A stretch of 64,000 bases of DNA. It comes from Prochloron sp. SulCav_FS08_3_32_3330. Its GTDB lineage: Bacteria > Cyanobacteriota > Cyanobacteriia > Cyanobacteriales > DYNF01. The translations under genes were made by a program, and so were the position numbers. Under the pieces are notes generated by a model. That model saw nothing but the letters and a program-made list of their open reading frames with translations. It was not told where the DNA came from and searched no databases. Below are positions 20,901 to 29,766 of this stretch, one piece after another. The DNA is taken from contig DYNF01000001.1 of the NCBI GenBank assembly GCA_020721205.1, positions 4,419 through 68,418 on the forward strand. The letters are read 5' to 3'. Within the stretch, counting starts at the first letter, position 1, and every line of letters starts with the position of its first letter.

Positions 20901-23355
20901 TATTTTGCCAACTTTCTTCTGTTAGAAGGATCATACCTATATTAAAATATTCTATTGCCGCTTTATAAGCAGTGGAAATTAAAGCTTTATTTCCCGCAAT
21001 TAAATTTAACTTTGTTAATTGTATTTTTTCTTGAATATTGGTGATTAAATCAACGCCATAATTTAATTGATTAACAATTTTAAAAATATTTTCTTCTCGA
21101 TCTTTTTCGGGAATATTTGCTAATAATAATTGTCCGATTTTTACATGAGTTATTTGTTTTTCAGATTCAGGAATTAATAAATAAGCCGCTTGTTGGACTC
21201 GATCATGTAAAAATTTATAAGTAATTTTCGAGTCAAAATTATCTTTAATTAAATTTTCCTCTGTCTCTTGTTGATAAAAAAACTTGTAAGTTTCATTAAT
21301 AGGAATAATAAATTCTTCTTTTAAAGCAGACCATAAATATTTTGCTGTTTCTTGAATAGATTTTTGGGAAACTATTGCCAAAGTTTCTATTTCAAATTGA
21401 TTACCAATACAAGCGGCTAATTGCAAAAATTCTTGAGTTTGGGACGGTAATTTTTGCAATTGAATAGACATAAATTCTACTACATTATTGGTTAAAGCTA
21501 ATTGTTGAATTTGAGCAATATCACATTGCCAATAACCTAATTTTGATTGAAAATAAATATAATTATCGGTATATAATGCTTTTAAAAATTGAGTAGCAAA
21601 AAAGGGATTTCCTTGGGTTTTTTGATCCACTAATTCCGTTAAAGGTAAGGCTAATCTTAAAGTACAACTTAAAGTATCTGAAATTAGCAAATTCAAGTCA
21701 TTTTTAGTTAAAGGTGATAAAGTTATTTGATTAATAATTGCCCCCTCTTTTCTCATTTCTTCTAAGGTTAAAATTAAAGGATGACTAGCATTAACTTCAT
21801 TATCTCGATAAGCACCAATTAATAATAAAGAAGCTTCGGTTTCTTCTGAGTTTAAATTTTGCTGATTAAATTCACTAATAATAATTTTAATTAAATTTAA
21901 AGAAGCTAAATCAATCCATTGTAAATCGTCTAAAAAGATGACTAAAGGATGATCTTTTTTCGCAAATAATTTAATAAAATTTTCAAAGAGTAAATTAAAC
22001 CGATTTTGACCCGCATTTCCTGATAGTTCAGTTACGGGAGATTGGCGACCAATGATAATTTCTAATTCGGGAATTACATCAATTAAAATTTGACCATTAT
22101 TTCCTAATACTTGTAATATGCTTTCTTTCCACTGAGTAAGGCTTTCTACACTTTGAGTTAGCAATTGTGCCATTAATTCTCTTAAAGCCTGAACTAAAGC
22201 AGAAAAGGGAATATTGCGTTGAAATTTATCAAATTTTCCCTTAATAAAATAGCCTCTTTGTCTAACAATAGGCTTCTGAACTTCATTAACTACGGCGGTT
22301 TTTCCTACCCCGGAATATCCCGCTACTAACATCATTTCTACAGCTTTATTTCTCTCCTTTGTAACAGGAGATTGAGGAGATTTACTGATTCTTGTAAAAG
22401 CATCTAATAAAATTTTAACTTCCGTTTCCCTACCATAAAGTTTCTCAGAAATAATAAAGCGATCACTCCTATCTCTCGTTGCCAATTGAAAAGAAGTGAT
22501 ATAATTTTTTTCCTTTAATTGTTGTTGACATTGTTCTAAATCATATCTAATTCCTAAAGCAGTTTGATATCGTTGATCAGGACTTTTTCCCATTAATTTC
22601 AAAATAATATTTGACAAAACTTCTGGAATTTCAGACTTAATATTTTGGGGTGAAATAGGTTGTTGAACAATGTGACTATGCACTAACTCAATCAGATCAT
22701 CGGAAGCAAAAGGTAGTTGATCTGTTAATAATTCATAAAAAGTAATTCCTAAAGAATAAAAATCCGTTCTATAATCAATTCCTCTATTCATTCTACCTGT
22801 TTGTTCTGGGGAAATATAAGCCAATGTTCCTTCTAAAAGATTAGGGGTAATTAAAGATTGATTTTCTTTCGGTAAAAGAGAGGATAAACTAAAATCTATT
22901 AACTTAACTTCTTTCGTTTGAGGGTTAATTAAAATATTACTTGGTTTAATATCTTTATGAATAATTAAATTTTGATAAAGTCCTGCTAAAATATCAGTAA
23001 TTGCTGGGGCAATTTCCAGAAATTCTGTTAATTTATCTTGAAAATTATGCTCTTTTATGTTAACATTAAAATATTCTTTTAAAGAGATCAAACCTTCATC
23101 TTTCATGATTAAAGCATAACTATTTTGATAACGGTCTAAAGCGATCGGATAAACAATTCCTGATAAATTTAATCCTTTAATTAAAGTATATTGATTGCGA
23201 AATCTTACCAATTCAGTAAAAGTTGGATATTCATTTTTCAGAACTTTAATAATTACAGGTTCATGATTGACAAGAGAAACTCCTTTATAAATTAAAGTTT
23301 TAGAACTTTCATAAATTTGTTCAATAATTTGATAATTAAAAAGTTGTGTATTCAT
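17905..23355 (-). CDS. HstK-type hybrid Ser/Thr kinase - AAA ATPase - GAF - histidine kinase
   Basis: HKDIKPSN, DFS, YISPE; GYSGVGKT, IFLDD; GAF (LYLEN); H-box SHELKNPL; DNGEGI, GTGLGL. Confidence 0.93.
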   Translation of the reverse strand: MNTQLFNYQIIEQIYESSKTLIYKGVSLVNHEPVIIKVLKNEYPTFTELVRFRNQYTLIKGLNLSGIVYPIALDRYQNSYALIMKDEGLISLKEYFNVNIKEHNFQDKLTEFLEIAPAITDILAGLYQNLIIHKDIKPSNILINPQTKEVKLIDFSLSSLLPKENQSLITPNLLEGTLAYISPEQTGRMNRGIDYRTDFYSLGITFYELLTDQLPFASDDLIELVHSHIVQQPISPQNIKSEIPEVLSNIILKLMGKSPDQRYQTALGIRYDLEQCQQQLKEKNYITSFQLATRDRSDRFIISEKLYGRETEVKILLDAFTRISKSPQSPVTKERNKAVEMMLVAGYSGVGKTAVVNEVQKPIVRQRGYFIKGKFDKFQRNIPFSALVQALRELMAQLLTQSVESLTQWKESILQVLGNNGQILIDVIPELEIIIGRQSPVTELSGNAGQNRFNLLFENFIKLFAKKDHPLVIFLDDLQWIDLASLNLIKIIISEFNQQNLNSEETEASLLLIGAYRDNEVNASHPLILTLEEMRKEGAIINQITLSPLTKNDLNLLISDTLSCTLRLALPLTELVDQKTQGNPFFATQFLKALYTDNYIYFQSKLGYWQCDIAQIQQLALTNNVVEFMSIQLQKLPSQTQEFLQLAACIGNQFEIETLAIVSQKSIQETAKYLWSALKEEFIIPINETYKFFYQQETEENLIKDNFDSKITYKFLHDRVQQAAYLLIPESEKQITHVKIGQLLLANIPEKDREENIFKIVNQLNYGVDLITNIQEKIQLTKLNLIAGNKALISTAYKAAIEYFNIGMILLTEESWQNNYQLRLELSTKTAESAYLNGDFEAMENQILIVLNNAKNLLDTINIYQVKIQALIAQNNLLEAVNTAFNILKKLEIEFPDLEKINQNDVNLALKETANNLKGKNLTDLSNLPIMKDENKIGAIAILAIVSSAAYIGFPLLYPLIILKQINLSLKYGNCPNSAYAYATYGLIICAFTPNIDQGYESGEIALYLLEKFNATKLKAKVFNLVYPFIRPWKNPLQQSLKPLLEGYQSGLETGDLEFAAYCIYNYCSLSYLQGNELSDLAKEMKIYGDAIRHLKQDTAYNFHRIYWQSVLNLLGKNEIPFELKGDIYNKEIMVSIHKQANDTFSIGTFYINQLILYYLFENIEKAQEIALEGEAYINGVAGYNVFALFYFYQSLTLLTNFNQNSVEKQAQILEKVTLNQEKIHHWATYAPMNFLHKYYLVEAEKNRVLDQKLEAIENYEKAIKLARENNYLQEAGLSNELLGKFYLSWGKEKIAKIYLSDAYYYYSCWGAKAKINDLEKKYPQLITPLLKQHYSLGENTTETLASSISTSGNLLDLNTVIKASQVISESIEINHFLSNFMKVIIENSGGANSGILLRLEEDKFIISIQCSTSQCCLFPNIKIEKFKDIPQSIINYVIQHKTALIIDNIEDEILFAGDPYLIQKQPKAILCLPIIRFEKLIAILYLENDQTPQVFNSDRLKLLNILTSQAAISLENALLYQKSKNYSNILEETVTQRTQELKDKNEILEQTLEKLTITQKQMIAQEKLASLGSLTAGISHELKNPLNFINNFSDISLSILNQIEEELNLNSNNIIEHLTILKECANAINQQGDKANQIINTMLMHSRQESGELELRNINQLLSESVQFVIQSLQGNWSDFCIKIETNYDQSMEKSLVIPQSMSRCFTNLINNACYSLYQKQQLNPNFVPILTIKTANLQEIIEIKIKDNGEGIAPEIMEKIFEPFFTTKPTGEGTGLGLSLTNDIIVGQHQGTININSKLGNYTEFIINLPKKIA

Positions 23356-23443
23356 GATAATATATCTTTTATTTGATTAGGATTATTTGGTTAAAATCTC
23401 AATTTTTGATTAATAGTTTCAAAACTATTATGCTGGTCAAAAG

Positions 23444-23625
23444 CAGGGCGTTTTCATTCTTTTTTTTCAACGGGTTAAAACCTGTTGCTACCCAAACAAA
23501 ACCCGTCTTTACGGGTTTCGAGATTAAATATTAACTAATATTAAAAAAATCAACCTGCGTAGGCAGGTTTTGTTTATGTAGCAACGGGTTTCAACCCGTT
23601 GCCTCCCGAGAATGAAAACGCCCTG
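23444..23625 (+). mobile_element. MITE-1, complete copy
   Basis: Perfect TIRs CAGGGCGTTTTCATTCT / AGAATGAAAACGCCCTG; flanks TGGTCAAAAG / GGGTCAAAAG. Confidence 0.9.
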
Positions 23626-23670
23626 GGGTCAAAAGTGCAATAAATAAAATGTAACATTTTTTTTCACTTT

Positions 23671-23686
23671 TGTAACTAACTTTACA
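23671..23686. promoter_or_regulatory. Putative NtcA box (GTA-N8-TAC)
   Basis: TGTA-ACTAACTT-TACA in a divergent intergenic region; no correctly spaced -10 box seen. Confidence 0.35.
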
Positions 23687-23763
23687 AAAAGATACTTTTT
23701 TTTTTCAAAATCTCAATATGTGCGAAAGATAAATCATAATTTTAATCATTCCCTAAAAGTTTT

Positions 23764-23807
23764 AACTAGATTTAAAACTTATTAAAAAATAAGTTTTAAA
23801 TCTAGTT
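23764..23807. repeat. Perfect 20-bp inverted repeat with 4-nt loop
   Basis: AACTAGATTTAAAACTTATT-AAAA-AATAAGTTTTAAATCTAGTT. Confidence 0.8.
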
Positions 23808-23955
23808 GATAAATAGAAAAAGTGTTATATAATCTTAATCAGTGATCAATTTTCCCATCTACCTAGTAGGTCAAAATAATTACTTTTTTGACCTACTATT
23901 TTGACCTTAAATATTACACATTTTCACAACAATTCTAACCATAAAAAAGACAATT

Positions 23956-25248
23956 ATGAGTCAATCCATTATTCAACTTGTTGACCAACTTCCTAGCGAT
24001 AATATTACCGTTAAAGTCCTCAAAGCACTGGACTTTATCGCCCCCGGACAATGGACAAATACCGTCGGTTTTGACCAAACTATTCGAGTAGTTACGGGAG
24101 AACATGATCCTACTAAAATTCAGCGTATTAAAGAGAAAGCTTTAGCTCTTTATGAGGATGATAAAAATGGTTATAAAAGTGCGATTTCCCTTTATCAAAT
24201 AGTAGATAAAGCTGATACTGCTATGGCAACCGCCGCTTTAGCTAATAAAATAGGAGAAAAGATTGAATTTCTCTCTTTTCTGAATAAGATTACCCCGAAA
24301 GCTGATACTGCTCAAACGATTGATTTAGTCTTAAAAGTTGTTATTGAAATTATCGCTTTTTGTAAGATTAATGGAATGCCCCAACCTAATCCACAGGTAT
24401 TTGTTGAGTCTTTAACTAATAATTATACCGACGCTTCTTTAATGCGTATGGGGGCATTAGTTTGTTTAGATGGACTGTTACCTTTAGTACCTGATTTCTT
24501 AAGTAAAATTCATTCAATTATTGATGGTGGCGACGATTCTTTAGTTAAAGATAACCCAATTTTTAGCTCCATTAGTAATAGTTTACCCGGAGATAATCCC
24601 ACCGCAAAATTTGGTTTTATTACCCAAAGTTTTAACGCTGTTCAAGGTTGGATGAATGGTTTAATTAGTAAAACTGGAGTAACTCCCTCTGCTATTTTTC
24701 AAAAAATTGGTAGTTTTATTCAAGTTGCTGATGATAGTTTAGATTTTGTTGCCGCTTTTATTGATCAAACTACTAACTATTATGAGCATACAGGTATTCA
24801 AAGCGTAGCCAGAAGCCTCATTTTAAAAGCATACGAATCTGTTAAAAATGAGCTTCCGTCCACCTCTGATCTAGACTCTAAATCCTCTGAGAAAGGTGAG
24901 TTTAAAGTGGGGCAACTGGTAGATGCCCTCAGTGAAGACTATTGGTATTCTGCTACGATTCGGGAGATTGAAGGAAAACTGTGTTTAGTACGTTATCTTT
25001 ATAATAATGATCCGAGTGAAGATGAGTGGATTAAGAAAAAAAATCTTCGTCCGGCGGGAACTAAGTATAAAGTTGGGGATGAAATTGAAGTTTTATACAG
25101 CGATGGAGAATGGTATGAGGCTGAAATTCTCGAAATTGACGGTGATACTTATTTAGTAGAATATACGGATGAGGAGTTTTATGATGAGGATGATGATGAG
25201 GGAGAAACAGAAAAAGTAGCTTGGCAACGTATTTGTTGCGAAGATTAA
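23956..25248 (+). CDS. Uncharacterised cyanobacterial domain fused to two Tudor/Agenet-like domains
   Basis: N-terminus LDFIAPGQW, AALANKIGEKI; C-terminus FKVGQLVDALSEDYWYSATI and YKVGDEIEVLYSDGEWYEAEI. Confidence 0.75.
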   Translation: MSQSIIQLVDQLPSDNITVKVLKALDFIAPGQWTNTVGFDQTIRVVTGEHDPTKIQRIKEKALALYEDDKNGYKSAISLYQIVDKADTAMATAALANKIGEKIEFLSFLNKITPKADTAQTIDLVLKVVIEIIAFCKINGMPQPNPQVFVESLTNNYTDASLMRMGALVCLDGLLPLVPDFLSKIHSIIDGGDDSLVKDNPIFSSISNSLPGDNPTAKFGFITQSFNAVQGWMNGLISKTGVTPSAIFQKIGSFIQVADDSLDFVAAFIDQTTNYYEHTGIQSVARSLILKAYESVKNELPSTSDLDSKSSEKGEFKVGQLVDALSEDYWYSATIREIEGKLCLVRYLYNNDPSEDEWIKKKNLRPAGTKYKVGDEIEVLYSDGEWYEAEILEIDGDTYLVEYTDEEFYDEDDDEGETEKVAWQRICCED

Positions 25249-25252
25249 TTTT

Positions 25253-25307
25253 GTTTGTTGTTGGGCTTTAGCACTAATGAAAATAGGGCTAAAGCCCAAC
25301 AACAAAC
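25253..25307. repeat. Family A REP doublet between convergent genes
   Basis: GTTTGTTGTTGGGCTTTAGC...GGGCTAAAGCCCAACAACAAAC. Confidence 0.8.
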
Positions 25308-25311
25308 TTAC

Positions 25312-25851
25312 TTAACAGCGTGGAATTAATTCTACACCATCTTTCCCATCAATATCTTGAATATAAAATTTAACCTGTTCTTCTTGGGCAGTGGGTAACT
25401 TTTTCCCCGTAAAATCTGGGCGGATTGGTAACTCTCGATGACCTCGATCTACTAATACTAAAAGACGAATAGCTTGAGGTCTTCCATGATCGCTAACAGC
25501 GTTTAAAGCCGCTCGAATCGTCCGTCCTTTATAGATAACATCATCCACTAAAATAACAACTTTTCCTGTTAAATCTAAGGGAATATTTGTTTGATTAGGA
25601 GTACGCATCGCAATCTGATCTAAATCATCTCGATAAAAGGTAATATCTAAGGAGCCTACAGGCACTTTTATCTGTTCTAAAAGTTCAATTTGATTAGCAA
25701 TTAATTTGGCAATAGGAACACCTCTTGTATAAATTCCTATTAATACTAATTGAGATAAATCTTCAACTTTTTCAATCACTTGAGAAGCTAAACGATTAAT
25801 CATCCGACGGATGTCTTCAGAGGAGAGAATTGAAATTACTTTTTTTGACAT
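25312..25851 (-). CDS. pyrR: Bifunctional pyrimidine regulator / uracil phosphoribosyltransferase
   Basis: [37 protein letters not shown]. Confidence 0.95.
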   Translation of the reverse strand: MSKKVISILSSEDIRRMINRLASQVIEKVEDLSQLVLIGIYTRGVPIAKLIANQIELLEQIKVPVGSLDITFYRDDLDQIAMRTPNQTNIPLDLTGKVVILVDDVIYKGRTIRAALNAVSDHGRPQAIRLLVLVDRGHRELPIRPDFTGKKLPTAQEEQVKFYIQDIDGKDGVELIPRC

Positions 25852-26047
25852 TTTGCTAAGTTTTTGTTTTGAATAAAAATTTAATAAAAATGATTAATAT
25901 TTAATATTTTTGGCTGTTATAATATTAACTATCTAAACTTTTTTTATTTTGAATTTTAAATTTTGAATTTTGAATTATTCTTTAGGTGGTCAAACACTGG
26001 TAATCTAAATTATAAATATATTCTTAAATAAATCAATATTCTAACCA

Positions 26048-26821
26048 ATGTCAGACAGAATTACACTACTCTCAAAAAGAGAAATTGACAAAATGCGTCA
26101 AGCTGGGCGTTTAGCTTCTCAACTCTTGGATTACCTTGCACCGATGGTAAAACCCGGAATTAGTACACAAGAATTAAACGATGAAGCTGAAAAATGGACA
26201 AAAGCTCATAATGCAATAAGCGCACCTTTAGGTTATAAAGTAGGAAAAGTTCACTTCCCTAAATCTATTTGTACCAGTATTAATGAGGTAATTTGTCACG
26301 GTATTCCTAGTAAAAAAGTTATTTTACAAGAGGGAGATATCATTAATATTGATGTTACTCCCATTTTAGACGGTTATCACGGTGATACTTCTCGTACTTT
26401 TTTAGTGGGAGAAGTCTCAGAAACTGCGAAAAAATTAGTCGAAGTAACAGAAGAATGCTTATATAGGGCGATTGAAGTAATTAAACCTAATGGGAGGCTT
26501 GGCGATATTGGAGCGGCGATTCAGGAACACGCAGAATCAGAGGGTTTTTCAGTGGTGCGGGACTTTGTTGGTCATGGAATTAACAGAGTATTTCATACTG
26601 CTCCCCAAGTGCCTCATTTTGGGGAAAGGGGAACGGGGAAAAAACTCCGTCCCGGCATGGTTTTCACCATTGAACCGATGATAAATGAGGGAACTCACGA
26701 AGCTGAACTTTTAAAGGACGGTTGGACGGCAGTAACAAAGGATCGCAAACTTTCAGCACAATTTGAGCATACCATTGCTGTAACCCATGACGGGGTACAA
26801 ATTTTAACTTTGAGTGATTAA
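26048..26821 (+). CDS. map: Type I methionine aminopeptidase
   Basis: SICTSINEVICHGIP, GYHGDTS, GHGI, FTIEPM, SAQFEHT. Confidence 0.96.
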   Translation: MSDRITLLSKREIDKMRQAGRLASQLLDYLAPMVKPGISTQELNDEAEKWTKAHNAISAPLGYKVGKVHFPKSICTSINEVICHGIPSKKVILQEGDIINIDVTPILDGYHGDTSRTFLVGEVSETAKKLVEVTEECLYRAIEVIKPNGRLGDIGAAIQEHAESEGFSVVRDFVGHGINRVFHTAPQVPHFGERGTGKKLRPGMVFTIEPMINEGTHEAELLKDGWTAVTKDRKLSAQFEHTIAVTHDGVQILTLSD

Positions 26822-26948
26822 TTTGATCATTAATTAAAAGTAAGGTGGGCAGATAAAAATTTTAAAAAGTCAAGATAATTTTGAGTATGCCCACCGATAA
26901 ATTGTGTTATTTTAGTTATTATTAATCTTTATAAATAACTAATGTAAA

Positions 26949-27332
26949 ATGAAACTAAAAATTTTATTACCAACGGAAGTTTTTTTAGAAACAGAAATTA
27001 ATAAAATTACGGCAGAAGCAGAAAATGGACATTTTACTTTATTACCTCGTCATCTTGATTTTGTAACAGCATTAATCCCCGGAATTTTATTATTTCAAAC
27101 GATAAATAATGAAACTCAAATTATTGCTATTGATGAAGGAATTTTAGTTAAATGTGGTCAAGAAGTTTTAGTTTCTGTGGGTAATGCGATTAAAGGAGAT
27201 TCTTTAGAAACTTTACAACAAACTGTAGAAAAACAGTTTAAAATATTAGATGAACAAGATAGAAAAGCGAGGGCGGCTTCTGCTAGTTTAGAAGCCAGTT
27301 TAATCCGTCATTTTGTGGAATTTGATAAATAA
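26949..27332 (+). CDS. atpC: Alternate (N-type) F1Fo ATPase epsilon subunit
   Basis: AEAENGHFTLLPRHLDFVTALIPGIL, IDEGILVKCG; typical of N-ATPase epsilon. Confidence 0.85.
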   Translation: MKLKILLPTEVFLETEINKITAEAENGHFTLLPRHLDFVTALIPGILLFQTINNETQIIAIDEGILVKCGQEVLVSVGNAIKGDSLETLQQTVEKQFKILDEQDRKARAASASLEASLIRHFVEFDK

Positions 27333-27367
27333 GTTATTAATTATTAATTATTATTAGTTATAGTTAT

Positions 27368-27499
27368 TAAGTAAGTGGTCATAAATATTATCATATATCT
27401 AAAAGTTCGTAGTTGGGCTTCAGTTTCCCTATAGGGGAGGGCTGAAGCCCAACTACAAACAATCTTCTTTTTGTTACTTTATTTATGACCATTTACTTA
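27368..27499. mobile_element. MITE-2 (TA-ended, IS630/mariner-like ends) carrying a family A REP doublet
   Basis: TIR TAAGTAAGTGGTCATAAATA / TATTTATGACCATTTACTTA; inverted sister copy at 41534-41667. Confidence 0.8.
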
Positions 27500-27601
27500 G
27501 TTATTATTAGTTATAGTTATTAATAATTAATCACAGGCATCTTGCCTGTGCCACGAGGGGATATTTTTTATGATAAATTATCTTTATATTTAAGGAAAAT
27601 T

Positions 27602-27901
27602 ATGACAGAAAAAAATCAAAATAATCCTGACAATTTCTCTCAAGATATAGGCAAAAAAGCCGAAAGAAAAATCAAAGCTCAAAAAGAGAAAAATAAAGCT
27701 ATTTGGTACGGTTTAGGAATGTCCGGTCTAGTAGGTTGGTCGGTCATGTTACCTACTATGTTAGGTTTAAGTTTAGGTATTTGGATTGATCAAAGATTTC
27801 CTAGTGCTTATTCATGGACATTAATGGGTTTATTTATTGGCATTTTTTTAGGTTGTTTAAATGCTTGGTATTGGATCGAAAAAGAACAGAATAGACGTTA
27901 A
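27602..27901 (+). CDS. N-ATPase accessory membrane subunit (AtpQ/AtpZ, ATPase gene 1 family)
   Basis: WYGLGMSGLVGWSV...GIWID...GCLNAWYWI; two TM helices; follows atpC. Confidence 0.85.
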   Translation: MTEKNQNNPDNFSQDIGKKAERKIKAQKEKNKAIWYGLGMSGLVGWSVMLPTMLGLSLGIWIDQRFPSAYSWTLMGLFIGIFLGCLNAWYWIEKEQNRR

Positions 27902-27995
27902 TTTTATCTTAATTTAAGTTACAATTTAATCAGGTTATTAAAAAATATCAAGTAAAATTATTAATTTATAATCCTATTAATGAGGTAATTGAAAA

Positions 27996-28328
27996 ATGGA
28001 TAAATTAACAAAATATCGTCAATATATTCAAGAATTTTTAACAGAACAATGTCAAGGAAAATCTATTGGAGGAGATATTGATTCAGAAACGGTTTTTGAT
28101 TTGAATCAAGATCGTTATTTATTAATTGATTTAGGCTGGAATAAACATCGTCGTATTTATAATTGTATCATTCATTTAGAAATTAAAAAAGGTAAAATTT
28201 TAATTCAAAGAAATCAAACTGATATATTAATTACTGATGAATTGATCAATAAAGGGGTGAATAAAAATGATATTATTGTTGGTACACAACCTCCTTATCT
28301 GAGAGAATATCTTGAGATGAGTAAGTAA
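27996..28328 (+). CDS. xisI: XisI family protein (no xisH adjacent)
   Basis: MDKLTKYRQYIQ, DRYLLIDLGW, IHLEIKKGKILIQ, DIIVG. Confidence 0.88.
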   Translation: MDKLTKYRQYIQEFLTEQCQGKSIGGDIDSETVFDLNQDRYLLIDLGWNKHRRIYNCIIHLEIKKGKILIQRNQTDILITDELINKGVNKNDIIVGTQPPYLREYLEMSK

Positions 28329-28400
28329 CTGAAATGACTACCTACTTATTAATTAATATCGTCTTTTTTCTATTATCAAAAATTAAAGGAGTAAATTAAA

Positions 28401-29531
28401 TTGACACAAATAGAAGGACAAGTTAAATTTATAGTTGATAACGCTTTTTATCGTCCTCAATCAAAAATTGTGCGAGATTTAGGCATATTAGCAGGGGCAG
28501 TTTATCAACAAGAAAAACATCAGTTAAAAGTCTTAGATGTGATGAGTGGCTGTGGAGTCAGAAGTTTACGTTATGTAGTAGAAAGTGGCGCAAATTTTGT
28601 TCATTCTAATGAAGGCAATCCTGATATATTATCTATTTTAAAAAGCAATTTAGAAGCAAATCTTAAGCCTGAATTTTATCAAATTACAAGCTTAAATGCT
28701 AATCAAATATTTTTTAAATGTTCTAATGATAAAAACTATTATGATTTAGTTGATGTGGACTGTTTCGGTAGTGCTAATCCTTATTTAACTAATATGATTT
28801 ATGGGACTAAGTTAGGCGGATTAATGTATATTACAAGCACCGACGGACGCAGTATGACAGGTATTTTACCCGAAAATAGTTTAAGAAATTACGGTTCTTA
28901 TTTGCGTCATTTACCAATTAAACATGAACAAGGTTTAAGATTATTAATCGGTAAAATTCAACAATCTGCGGCGGAAAATGGGTTAGGAATTGAACCAATT
29001 TTTGCTTATTTTACTGGACAAAATTATCGAGTTATGGTAAGATTAATTAAGAAAGTAATGTTAACAGAAAATAATTATAGTTTTTTAGGTTACTGTTATC
29101 AATGTGGGGAATATCAAAAAGTACCTTGGCGTAATTTAGGAAAAGTAACTTGTGATTGTAAAATAGAGAGAAAAGAGAATAATAATTATTATTCATCTGT
29201 TGTTTTAAGTGGGGCAATGTGGTTAGAAAATTTACATAATATAAATTATTTACAAAAAATGAAAGAAATTGCTGTTAAATGGAATTGGCAAAAGGTGATA
29301 AAATTATTAAATATTATGGAAAATGAAGCAAGTTTACCACCTTATTTTTACCCTTTACAAGAAATAGGCTCAAGAGGTAAATTAGATTTACCAAAAAGAG
29401 ATATTTTAATTAAAGAATTACAAAATCAGGGTTATGAAAGTGCGATTTCTCATGTTAATATTCAGGCAATAAAAACTACTGCTTCTTTTAAAAAAACGGT
29501 AGAAATTGCTAAAAAAATTTCATCTCAGTAA
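28401..29531 (+). CDS. trm1: Trm1-like tRNA (guanine-N2) dimethyltransferase
   Basis: FYRPQSKIVRDL, LDVMSGCGVRSLRY, VDVDCFGS, TSTDG, CxxC; TTG start with GGAG RBS. Confidence 0.82.
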   Translation: MTQIEGQVKFIVDNAFYRPQSKIVRDLGILAGAVYQQEKHQLKVLDVMSGCGVRSLRYVVESGANFVHSNEGNPDILSILKSNLEANLKPEFYQITSLNANQIFFKCSNDKNYYDLVDVDCFGSANPYLTNMIYGTKLGGLMYITSTDGRSMTGILPENSLRNYGSYLRHLPIKHEQGLRLLIGKIQQSAAENGLGIEPIFAYFTGQNYRVMVRLIKKVMLTENNYSFLGYCYQCGEYQKVPWRNLGKVTCDCKIERKENNNYYSSVVLSGAMWLENLHNINYLQKMKEIAVKWNWQKVIKLLNIMENEASLPPYFYPLQEIGSRGKLDLPKRDILIKELQNQGYESAISHVNIQAIKTTASFKKTVEIAKKISSQ

Positions 29532-29534
29532 ACT

Positions 29535-29766
29535 TTTTTTTAGTGCTAAAGCACAACAACAAACTTTTATTTTTTAGTGCTAAAGCACAACAACAAACTT
29601 ATTTTTTAGTGCTAAAGCACAACAACAAACTTTTATTTTTTAGTGCTAAAGCACAACAACAAACTTATTTTTTAGTGCTAAAGCACAACAACAAACTTTT
29701 ATTTTTTAGTGCTAAAGCACAACAACAAACTTTTATTTTTTAGCGCTAAAGCGCAACAACAAACTT
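29535..29766 (+). repeat. Seven tandem 32/34-bp copies of a family A REP half
   Basis: TAGTGCTAAAGCACAACAACAAACTT starts at 29541, 29575, 29607, 29641, 29673, 29707, 29741; no unique spacers. Confidence 0.95.

Noticed and set aside
29543-29743. 66-aa repetitive ORF
   Set aside because: Translation of the tandem repeat.
29535-29766. Possible CRISPR array
   Set aside because: Units are contiguous with no unique spacers, no cas genes are nearby, and the unit is half of a dispersed REP.
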